A DNA stretch of 64,000 nt, taken from contig CALSNU010000001.1 of NCBI GenBank assembly GCA_943787795.1, forward strand, positions 1,384,285 through 1,448,284, in the 5' to 3' direction. A program made the position numbers and the translations under genes. This document shows, in pieces, positions 1-7,876 of this stretch. The DNA is from an uncultured bacterium (lineage in GTDB: Bacteria > Planctomycetota > UBA1135 > GCA-002686595). Numbering within the stretch: the first letter of the stretch is position 1; every line of letters starts with the position of its first letter. The notes under the pieces were generated by a model. It did no database searches and was not told the DNA's origin. It saw nothing but the letters and a program-made list of their open reading frames with translations.

Positions 1-702
1 GTGCTGAACGTCGGGCTGCCCGGCTACAACACCTGGCAGGAGCATCGGCTCTACGAGAAGCTCGTTCGACCGATGGCTCCGGATGTGGTGGTCCTGGGTT
101 GGTACCTGAACGACCTCGACCCGCTGAGCTACGGGGTGACCGGCACCCTGGCGCCCCTCGATCACCCGCTGGCGGGCACCGCGCTGCTGGACTACTGGGT
201 CCGCAAGCTCCGCAAGAAGTACCCCAAGTTCGAGTTCGAGGGCTTCGACCAGGCGGCCGCGCAGGAGATCAAGCCGTACTACGACAAGAACCGGCCGCTG
301 GTGGAGCACAACAGCGGCCACCCGGAGGCGAGGCCCTACGTGGAGCGCAACCTCGCGGACCTCGGCGCCCTGCTCGATGACATCAAGGCCGACGGGGTGA
401 CCCCCGTGCTGACCATCTTCCCGTCGGTGGGCCAGGTCGACGCTCTCAAGGCGGCGCGGGCCGACAAGCCCGCCGCGGAGTACGAGGCGGACCTCGCGAT
501 CATCGCGCGCATCCAGCGCGACCTGACCGAGTTCGTCGGCCTCAAGGGGGTCGCCGTCGTGGACCTCCTCGTGCCGTTCATGGACAGCGAGGTTCGGCCC
601 TACGGTGAGGTGGACCAGAGCCACCCCAGTGTGCACGGGTACGGGATCGCCGCATGGGCCGTGCTCGAGGCGCTCGTGGCGGGCGGCCTGCTCGACCGCT
701 GA
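1..702 (+). CDS. SGNH/GDSL hydrolase-family protein, 5' end outside window
   Basis: Block II LNVGLPGYNTWQE, block III WYLND and block V DQSHP; high-GC3 codon usage; block I lies before position 1. Confidence 0.8.
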   Translation: MLNVGLPGYNTWQEHRLYEKLVRPMAPDVVVLGWYLNDLDPLSYGVTGTLAPLDHPLAGTALLDYWVRKLRKKYPKFEFEGFDQAAAQEIKPYYDKNRPLVEHNSGHPEARPYVERNLADLGALLDDIKADGVTPVLTIFPSVGQVDALKAARADKPAAEYEADLAIIARIQRDLTEFVGLKGVAVVDLLVPFMDSEVRPYGEVDQSHPSVHGYGIAAWAVLEALVAGGLLDR

Positions 703-770
703 TCCTCCGCGGCGGAGACCTCTCTCCGGCGGTGGCCACCCCGCGGCGGCGGCTCCCCCGATCCTGCGGC

Positions 771-820
771 TACTCCGATGCGGTGACACTGCCGATCCGG
801 CGCCACTGCCGATCCGGTGG
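771..820. repeat. Degenerate 16-17 bp tandem repeat (CACTGCCGATCCGG core) between convergent genes
   Basis: cactgccgatccggcgc at 787-803 and cactgccgatccggtgg at 804-820, preceded by a degenerate copy. Confidence 0.6.
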
Positions 821-841
821 GGCTGGCACGATGGAGGGCCC

Positions 842-1177
842 TCAGCGGGGCCGCAGGAGCGACCCGTGCATCCGGGTCACGAAGTCACCGACCTCGGCCG
901 AGCTGGACTCGAGGTGGCTCGTGAGCTCCTCCAATGGGCGCTCCTCCCAGTAGCCACGCAGGATCAGGGCGTGCATGGCCTGGACCTGGGTGCGCGGGTC
1001 GTCCGGGGTCCGTGCCCGCTCGAGGAGCTCCTCTGTGGTGGGGGCGCCACTCAGGCCCAGGGTGATCGTGATCGCCGCGGCGGCGCCCAGCCCCAGGGCG
1101 AGCAGCCACTGCACCGGGCCCTCGCCGTGCGGCTCGCTTGGGGCGACCTGACCTTGAGGGTCGTCTTCGGGGCTCAT
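842..1177 (-). CDS. Small single-TM hypothetical protein (111 aa)
   Basis: ATG at 1177 overlaps the TGA of the upstream GT (TGATG coupling); hydrophobic segment WLLALGLGAAAAITITLGL followed by a helical soluble domain. Confidence 0.7.
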   Translation of the reverse strand: MSPEDDPQGQVAPSEPHGEGPVQWLLALGLGAAAAITITLGLSGAPTTEELLERARTPDDPRTQVQAMHALILRGYWEERPLEELTSHLESSSAEVGDFVTRMHGSLLRPR

Positions 1178-2691
1178 CAGAGCTCCTCCAGGGATGCGAG
1201 GATCGGGGCGACGGCGAGGGTCCAGCTCCAGAGGAGCAAGCCGAGGGCGGCGACGAAGAGTGATCGACGGAAGAGCCCGCGCGCTGGAGGGCAGCGCAGG
1301 CTCGCCAGCGCAGCGGCGGCGGGGACGATCAGCAGGGCCTCGCCCGGCGCCCGGAAGCGCGACATGGCCACGACCAGGGCGAGGGGCGCGGTGGCCGCGC
1401 ATGCGGCGGCGACGAGCCCCGCGGCTCCCGGAGAGAGCGGCACCATGATGGATCCGTAGGCGGCGAGCAGGAGGAGGGCCAAGACCATGGCGATGGAGAC
1501 CAGGGTCAGGGGGACGCTGAACGGCCTGGAGGTCAGGACGCTGCAGTATCCGCCGGTGGCCTTGACGCCCGCGACCTCCGGGTCGGGCGGAGGCATGCGC
1601 AGGTAGCGCGTCATGTAGGACAGCGGCGTGAGCAGGTCGGCCACCTTCACCGCGCGCGTGCGGAGGAAGAAGCCCGTGTGGGCCCTGATGAACGCCCGTC
1701 CCGTGGCGACCGCGAGCCGGTTTCGCTCGGCGACGTCCGGGAGGAACTGGAACCGCCACTGCTCCATGTCCGCGGGCGGCTCCAGGAGGCTCGCGCGGAG
1801 CGAGGCTCCCGGTGCGCCGGCATCGGGGACGTCGAGCCCGACGAGGTCGAAGTTGATGTAGTCGCGGTTCCAGCCCATGTAGGCGTTGAGGCCGGCGGTC
1901 CGTCCGAGGAGCTGGAGGGACCCCAGGTCCGCGCTGGCCCGGGCGGACCAGGGCGCGATCGTCATGGCGGCGGCGCCCAGGAAGAGGACGGCCCGGCGGA
2001 CTCCCGTGGACCAGCGCCGCGACTCCAGCTGAGCAGGACGGCCGAGGGAGCAGACGCCCCACAGGCCCAGGGCCCCGAGCCAGAAGAGGCAGGCCTCCTT
2101 GGTGAGGCAGGCGAGGCCGACGGCGAAGCCCGCGCCCACGAGCGCGGCGGTCCCGCGGTGCCCGCGCAGCTCCCCGGCGGCCACCGCCAGCAACAGCGCG
2201 CAGGCCGGGAGCAGGAGGGCGATGGCGAGCCCCTCGCTGAGGAGCACGTGGGCGAAGGGGACCAGCGGCAGGTACAGGGCGGCGACCCACCCCGCCAGTC
2301 GACCCGCGCGCTCCGAGTGGGCGCGGGTGGCGAGCACCATGAGCCACCCGCAGGACCACACCGAGAGGAGGGTCAGGACCACACGGGCGGCGGTCTCCCC
2401 AGCCTCGCCGAAGACCGACACGCAGGCGGCGATCAGCGCCGGGTGCAGGGGGGGCCACTGCCCCGTGTAGGCGCCGAGCTCGGACCAGGCGCGCCCGAGC
2501 CCAACGTAGGCGGGTTCGTCCCCGCGGAAGGCGCCGCCCGCCGCGGACATGAGCCACAGGCCCCGGACCACGGCTGCGCACAGGAGTGGCGCGAGCCAGC
2601 CCCCCGGGAGCCAGCGTGCCTGGCTCGGGTGCTCGGTCGGCGCCGCCACGGGGGGCGGCTCCGCGGGGGCGATGTTGGGGCTGGGCCTCAT
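1177..2691 (-). CDS. GT-C fold (ArnT/PMT-like) multi-pass glycosyltransferase
   Basis: About 10 or more TM segments; GDEPAY in first loop, WPPLHP, LSEGL, APWSAR and SRFRAP motifs; start chosen at ATG 2691. Confidence 0.75.
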   Translation of the reverse strand: MRPSPNIAPAEPPPVAAPTEHPSQARWLPGGWLAPLLCAAVVRGLWLMSAAGGAFRGDEPAYVGLGRAWSELGAYTGQWPPLHPALIAACVSVFGEAGETAARVVLTLLSVWSCGWLMVLATRAHSERAGRLAGWVAALYLPLVPFAHVLLSEGLAIALLLPACALLLAVAAGELRGHRGTAALVGAGFAVGLACLTKEACLFWLGALGLWGVCSLGRPAQLESRRWSTGVRRAVLFLGAAAMTIAPWSARASADLGSLQLLGRTAGLNAYMGWNRDYINFDLVGLDVPDAGAPGASLRASLLEPPADMEQWRFQFLPDVAERNRLAVATGRAFIRAHTGFFLRTRAVKVADLLTPLSYMTRYLRMPPPDPEVAGVKATGGYCSVLTSRPFSVPLTLVSIAMVLALLLLAAYGSIMVPLSPGAAGLVAAACAATAPLALVVAMSRFRAPGEALLIVPAAAALASLRCPPARGLFRRSLFVAALGLLLWSWTLAVAPILASLEEL

Positions 2692-2720
2692 CAGTGATCG
2701 CAAGCTACACGATGCCGCGC

Positions 2721-4142
2721 TCAGCGCAGCGCAGAGAGCGTCTGTTGAACGCCCTCGATGGACGGAACCCACAGCAGGAGCAGCCCGGCGCCGATCACGG
2801 TGGCCGCTCGCCGGCGCGTCTTGCCGTCGTCGGCCCGAGTCCCGATCAGCGCGAGGGCCGCGAACCCGATCAGGAGCGGGAGCGCCGGAAGCCGGTAGCG
2901 GCTCATGCCGTTGACGAGGGCGGAGAGGACGACCACGCCGCTGACGCTCAGGAGAAGGCCGCGGTGGGCGGCGCTCGCCTCCATGGCCCACCAGCCCCGG
3001 AGCGCGAGCAGGAGGAGCGCTGGGACCATGAGGACCGCGCAGGCCGCGAAGGCCAGACGGGCGCCGGCGCCCCCGAGCGGCGGGCCAGGCGACGCGAGCC
3101 GAAGGCTGCGGACAGGGAAGGAGAGCGGGCTCAGCAGGTCCACGAGCTCGACGACGCGGCTCCGAAGGAAGAAGACCGGGTGGCGCGCGGCATAGCGCAG
3201 GCCCTGGGTCACATTCGCCCGGGCTCGCGCTGCGGGCGCGCCCTGACTCTCCGCGCTCCAGGCCTCGGGCGCCGGACCGCGGATCGCCGCTCGCAGGGCG
3301 CCGGGGGCCCGGGCAGGGGCGCCGCCGAGTCCGGCGAGGTCGTAGTTCACGTCGTGGGCATTGAGCCCGACGTGAGCGCTACCGCCGGTGGAGATCGCGA
3401 TGGGCACCAGCTGCCCATGCACGGCGGCGTTGCGCAGGGTCCACGGGAGGATCGTCGCGAGCGAGCAGGCCACCATCGTCAGCGCGAGGGAGGCGCGCGA
3501 CGCGCCGCCGGCGGCTCCGTTCCGTGCGAGCCACAGGCCGAGGATGGGAACGAAGAGGAGGCTGCTCTCTCGGACGAGCGCCGCGAGCCCCAGGAGCACG
3601 CCCGCGCCCGCTGCTACTCGCAGCGAGGCCGCGCTGGAGCGGCGGCTCGCGGCCGCGAGCAGGGCGAGGGCCGGGGTGAAGAGCGCGAGGTGGAGCGGCT
3701 CGGAGTAGAGGAGCCCGGCGAAGCCAGCGAGGGGCAGGTAGAGCGCGGCGATCCACGCGGCGCAGGCGCCGCCGCGGCGGCCGCCGATGATCGCGGCGAG
3801 CGCGGCGATCCAGGCGACGTTCCACAGCCCGAGCACGACCTGCAGCCCCCGAAGGGCCGCGGTGGAGGCGTCGCCCAGGAGGCCGCCGAGGACGGCGATG
3901 AGGGCGGGGTACCCGGGGGCCCAGATGCCCTCATAGGTGCCCTCGAGGCGCCATCGCTCTCCGAGAAGGAGATAGGCGCGCTCGTCGCCCGCGGGGTCCG
4001 TCCCACTGAATGCGATCGCCACCGCGATCCGCACGCAGGCGGCCGCCAGGAGCGGCAGCAGCAGGGAGGGCCAGAGGGGACGCTGAAACGAGCCCTCAGC
4101 CGCGTCCTCCCTCACCGCATCGTCCTCTGAGCTGGCATTCAT
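2721..4142 (-). CDS. GT-C fold (ArnT/PMT-like) glycosyltransferase, paralogue of 1177-2691
   Basis: GDERAY, WAPGYP, YSEPL, LPWTLRN and SRYRLP motifs; multi-TM; co-linear with the downstream paralogue. Confidence 0.78.
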   Translation of the reverse strand: MNASSEDDAVREDAAEGSFQRPLWPSLLLPLLAAACVRIAVAIAFSGTDPAGDERAYLLLGERWRLEGTYEGIWAPGYPALIAVLGGLLGDASTAALRGLQVVLGLWNVAWIAALAAIIGGRRGGACAAWIAALYLPLAGFAGLLYSEPLHLALFTPALALLAAASRRSSAASLRVAAGAGVLLGLAALVRESSLLFVPILGLWLARNGAAGGASRASLALTMVACSLATILPWTLRNAAVHGQLVPIAISTGGSAHVGLNAHDVNYDLAGLGGAPARAPGALRAAIRGPAPEAWSAESQGAPAARARANVTQGLRYAARHPVFFLRSRVVELVDLLSPLSFPVRSLRLASPGPPLGGAGARLAFAACAVLMVPALLLLALRGWWAMEASAAHRGLLLSVSGVVVLSALVNGMSRYRLPALPLLIGFAALALIGTRADDGKTRRRAATVIGAGLLLLWVPSIEGVQQTLSALR

Positions 4143-4193
4143 CGGTGCGAGCGGCGCGGCGGGCCGGGCAGGTGGTGCGCCGGCCGCGGATGC

Positions 4194-5723
4194 TCAGAAG
4201 AGCGTGTAGATGAAGGGGGCCACCAGCGGCGAGGAGGCCGCCACGACCAGCAGGCTGCCGACGCTGAGCAGCACGCTCAGCAGCGGCATCAGGTACCAGT
4301 GCCCGCGCAGGGTGAAGGACCGCAGAAGCTCCGCGATGGTGCCAATCCGGTCTCCGAGCTTGAACAGGACGAAGGTCAGGATGGTCAGCAGGAGGCCGAG
4401 GATCGTCAGCTGGGAGGCCTGGGGTGGGAGCGCCTCCACGAGCCACGTCACGCCGAGGCCCGTGCTGAAGACCACGGCGAGGAGGGCGGCGACGCTGCCG
4501 AAGCCAACGAGCGCGCTCTCGTCCGGATACGTCCGCCTGTATAGGGTTCCGAGCGCGCCCGTCAGAGCCAGATACCAGAGGACCCAGACGGGCACCTGGC
4601 CGCTGCTCTTCACGGGTCCTGTGGGGAGAGTCTGCGACGCGCCCTCGCCAAGGGGAGGAAGGAGCTTCGCGCCTTCCAGCGCCCCGTGGAGGGAGACGGC
4701 GAGCGCGACGTTGCCGTCGGCGTTGAGGTGGAAGTCCCGTCGGTAGTAGGGCGGGGCCTCTGCCGCGAAGGACTCGATGGCGACCAGCGGGTCGAAGACC
4801 ATGGCGCCCGTCGCCCGCGCGGCCTCGATGAAGAGCGCATGGGGCCGCGCCGGGTCCAGGGGGGCGCCGGCGACCGCGGGCGGGGCGCTCGCCTGGGTCT
4901 TCGAGGGGATCGGGCACACGGCGAAGCGCGCGCCGAGGGCCTCGCAGCGCGCTGACATGGCGGCGATCAGGGCGCGGGTGCGAGTCTCGGCTTCTAGGAC
5001 CGCAGGCGGCGGGTCCGTCAGCCGTGAGGAGAGCTCTGCGGAGAGCGTGATCTCTCCCGACGTGATGAGGGGCACGCTCGGGGCGCCGCGGAGTCGATAC
5101 CAGGCCTCTCCGAGGGCGGAGCGGCGGCTCCAGTGCCGGGCTGGTGGCGACGCGAGGCTTCGCTCTACGAGGACGCCTTCGCTGTCGTAGAGGGGCTTGT
5201 CCTGGCCGAGGTAGGTGGGGCTTTGATTCCACCAGATGTCGTTCTCGTAGGCGAAGTAGACGACCAGGTCAGGGGCGACCGCCTCACCGTTCAACTCGAG
5301 CCATCGCAGGGACTGATCGGTGGAGTACCCCTGGGTCCCCGCGTTCATGATCTCCACCGGGCGGCCCTCGATCTGCAGGGCCCGCTCGAGCTGGTCCACG
5401 AAGAGGTCCTCGCGGTCCACGGTGTACCCGACCACGAAGGAGTCCCCGAGAAAGAGCGCGCGCCGGGTGCCCTCAGGCGCCGGTGCGAGGGCGTCGTAGT
5501 CGTCCCGGAGCCCCGCGCCGTCGTTGGTGAGCGTGACGTCGTACTCGCCGGTCGAGCGCTCGATGGTCTTGCCGGGGGTCTTCCGCCAGCCGAGCTCTGG
5601 GTCGAACTCCGTGTTGACCACCGTCGGCGTGAAGCCGAGCGCGCGGAGGCCGAGCTCGGTGACCCCGAGGGCGATGCCGGCGGTGACGAGCAGCGCGAGG
5701 ATGACGTTGAGGGTCTTCATCAC
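4194..5723 (-). CDS. SGNH (AlgJ/AlgX-like) protein fused to C-terminal TM helices and a DUF5989/SxtK-like tail
   Basis: N-terminal TM; FLGDSF, NAGTQGYSTDQ, YEND and DFHLNADGN blocks; four C-terminal hydrophobic segments; ends WYLMPLLSVLLSVGSLLVVAASSPLVAPFIYTLF. Confidence 0.85.
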   Translation of the reverse strand: MMKTLNVILALLVTAGIALGVTELGLRALGFTPTVVNTEFDPELGWRKTPGKTIERSTGEYDVTLTNDGAGLRDDYDALAPAPEGTRRALFLGDSFVVGYTVDREDLFVDQLERALQIEGRPVEIMNAGTQGYSTDQSLRWLELNGEAVAPDLVVYFAYENDIWWNQSPTYLGQDKPLYDSEGVLVERSLASPPARHWSRRSALGEAWYRLRGAPSVPLITSGEITLSAELSSRLTDPPPAVLEAETRTRALIAAMSARCEALGARFAVCPIPSKTQASAPPAVAGAPLDPARPHALFIEAARATGAMVFDPLVAIESFAAEAPPYYRRDFHLNADGNVALAVSLHGALEGAKLLPPLGEGASQTLPTGPVKSSGQVPVWVLWYLALTGALGTLYRRTYPDESALVGFGSVAALLAVVFSTGLGVTWLVEALPPQASQLTILGLLLTILTFVLFKLGDRIGTIAELLRSFTLRGHWYLMPLLSVLLSVGSLLVVAASSPLVAPFIYTLF

Positions 5724-5730
5724 GGACGGT

Positions 5731-7521
5731 TCAGGACACCATCTGGGTCACGGAGTCGCCGTCGTGGCGCAGGTGGAAGGTCGTCTCGGCGATCTTCTTC
5801 TTGGCGCTCGCCTCGACGATGAAGTTGTTCATGAACAGGAAGTCCATGCCCGACAGCGAGAACGTGTTGAAGGCGTGGGCGGGCGACTCGACGATGGGCT
5901 CGCCCTTGAGGTTGAACGAGGTGTTCATGATCACCGGCACGTCGGTGAGCTCGCCAAAGCGCTCGATGATGCGGTGGTAGGCCGGGTTGGTCTGGCGGTA
6001 GACCGTCTGGAGCCTGCCGGAGCCGTCCTCGTGGGTGATCGCTGGCAGCACGTCGCGCTTCTCCTCGCGCACGGGCGCCACGTAGAGCATGAAGCGCGCG
6101 GGCCAGTGCCGCTCGGGCTCGGGGATGTCAAAGAACTCGTCCGCGCGCTCCTCGATCACCGACGGCGCGAAGGGCCGGAAGGACTCGCGGAACTTGATCT
6201 TCGAGTTGAGCTTCTCCTTCATCTCCATGCGCCTTGGGTCGGCGATGATGGAGCGGCTGCCCAGGGCCCGTGGACCCCACTCGCAGCGGCCGCGCATCCA
6301 GCCGCAGACGTGGCCCGACTCCAGGGTCCGCGCAACGAAGTCGAAGAACTCTTCGTCGTCCGAGATCTTGCGATAGGGGATGTCGTTCGCCTCGAGGAAC
6401 GACTGGATGGAGTCGTCCCCGTGCTCGCTGCCCAGGTACGCGTGCTCCAGGGCCGGGCCCCGCGGTTGGTCGAGCAGGTGGTTGTAGGCCCAGTAGGCGG
6501 CGCCGGCCGAGCACCCGTCGTCGCCGGGAGCGGGGTGGATGTAGACGTCCTCGAAGGGCCCCTCGCGCATCAGCTTGTAGTTGGCCACCGAGTTCAGGGC
6601 CACGCCGCCGGCGAGGCAGAGCTTCTTGAGCCCCGTGATCTCGTGCAGGTGCGTGATCATCTTCAGCAGGATCTCCTCGGTGACCCGCTGGATGCTCGCG
6701 GCCATGTCGCAGTAGTACGGGTCTAGCGAGGTGTCCTGATGCTTCGGGTCTCGGCGTGGCCGGCCGAAGTGCGCCTCGAAGAGCGGGCTCAGGGTGTCGT
6801 TGGTCGAGTGGTGGTACTTGAAGTACCGCATGTCGTGCCAGAGTGACCCGTCCTCGGCGACATCGAGGAGCTTGTAGATCTCGTCGCAGTACTTCGGCTC
6901 ACCGTAGGGGTGCATCCCCATGAGCTTGTATTCGCCCTCGTTGATCTCGAAGCCGCAGTACGCAGTGAAGGCAGAGTAGAGCAGGCCGAGGGAGTGCGGG
7001 AAGCGCATCTCCTTGAGGACCTCGATCTTGTTCCCGCGACCGACGGCCATGGTGGAGGTGGTCCACTCACCCGCGCCGTCGACGGTGAGGATCGCGGCCT
7101 CCTCGAAGGGCGACGTGTAGAAGCTCGACGCCGCGTGGGAGACGTGGTGGTCCGCGAAGAGGAACTTGGAGCGCGGCACCTCGAGGCGCTTGCTCATCAT
7201 CGACTTGATCCAGAGCTTGTCCGAGATCCAGCGCTGCATGGACTCCCGGAAGACCGCTGCGCTCTTCGGGAACGTGGCCATGGCGGTGAGCAGCATGCGC
7301 TCGAACTTCACGAAGGGCTTCTCGTAGAAGACCACGTAGTCCACGTCGTGGATCGTGATGCCACCCTGCTTCAGGCAGAACTCGATGGCGAGTTCGGGAA
7401 AGCCTGAGTCGTGCTTCTTGCGGCTGAAGCGCTCCTCCGCGGAGGCCGCCACGAGCACACCGTTCTTCACCAGTGCGGCGGCAGAGTCGTGGTAGTAGAA
7501 GGAGAGGCCGAGGACGTTCAT
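5731..7521 (-). CDS. O-carbamoyltransferase (NodU/CmcH/TobZ/SxtI family)
   Basis: YHDSAAAL..EERFSRKKHD, HHVSHAAS, DGAGE, EYKLMG, GGVALN, EWGPRALG.RSI, KFRESFRPFAP and NTSFN motifs. Confidence 0.95.
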   Translation of the reverse strand: MNVLGLSFYYHDSAAALVKNGVLVAASAEERFSRKKHDSGFPELAIEFCLKQGGITIHDVDYVVFYEKPFVKFERMLLTAMATFPKSAAVFRESMQRWISDKLWIKSMMSKRLEVPRSKFLFADHHVSHAASSFYTSPFEEAAILTVDGAGEWTTSTMAVGRGNKIEVLKEMRFPHSLGLLYSAFTAYCGFEINEGEYKLMGMHPYGEPKYCDEIYKLLDVAEDGSLWHDMRYFKYHHSTNDTLSPLFEAHFGRPRRDPKHQDTSLDPYYCDMAASIQRVTEEILLKMITHLHEITGLKKLCLAGGVALNSVANYKLMREGPFEDVYIHPAPGDDGCSAGAAYWAYNHLLDQPRGPALEHAYLGSEHGDDSIQSFLEANDIPYRKISDDEEFFDFVARTLESGHVCGWMRGRCEWGPRALGSRSIIADPRRMEMKEKLNSKIKFRESFRPFAPSVIEERADEFFDIPEPERHWPARFMLYVAPVREEKRDVLPAITHEDGSGRLQTVYRQTNPAYHRIIERFGELTDVPVIMNTSFNLKGEPIVESPAHAFNTFSLSGMDFLFMNNFIVEASAKKKIAETTFHLRHDGDSVTQMVS

Positions 7522-7530
7522 GGTGGGCGG

Positions 7531-7740
7531 TCAGTCCTGGTGCCGGGCGGCGGCCACGTCCTCGTTCGTGCTCTCCCACTTGGTCCAGTTCCCCGCTTGG
7601 CGCCGCTTGAGGTGCAGCGGGTCGCAGACGCGCTGATACACGAGCGCGACGGGGCCGAGCACACCGTAGTAGAGGGCCGTCAGCAGTAGCCTCGAGACCA
7701 TGCTGCCGAAGCGTTCCGTGAACTGAGCGAGGGCTTGCAT
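7531..7740 (-). CDS. Short SxtJ-like membrane protein (69 aa)
   Basis: LLLTALYYGVLGPVALVYQRVCDPLHL...W resembles the C-terminal half of SxtJ-family proteins; lies 9 nt upstream of the carbamoyltransferase. Confidence 0.75.
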   Translation of the reverse strand: MQALAQFTERFGSMVSRLLLTALYYGVLGPVALVYQRVCDPLHLKRRQAGNWTKWESTNEDVAAARHQD

Positions 7741-7876
7741 GGGCCGCGGTGGTGGGGCGGGTCGAGCCGGAGGAAGAGGGGGGGGATGGCGCGGCCGTCG
7801 CTTACGCGGTGGCGGTCGCTCTGCTACCCACCTCTATCGGCGCAGCTTATCCACGCGGCTGTCCTCAAGCCCGGAT

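Noticed and set aside
4194..7740. Saxitoxin or other secondary-metabolite cluster (sxtI/J/K similarity)
   Set aside because: No sxtA-like PKS, amidinotransferase or tailoring genes; the neighbours are envelope SGNH and GT-C enzymes
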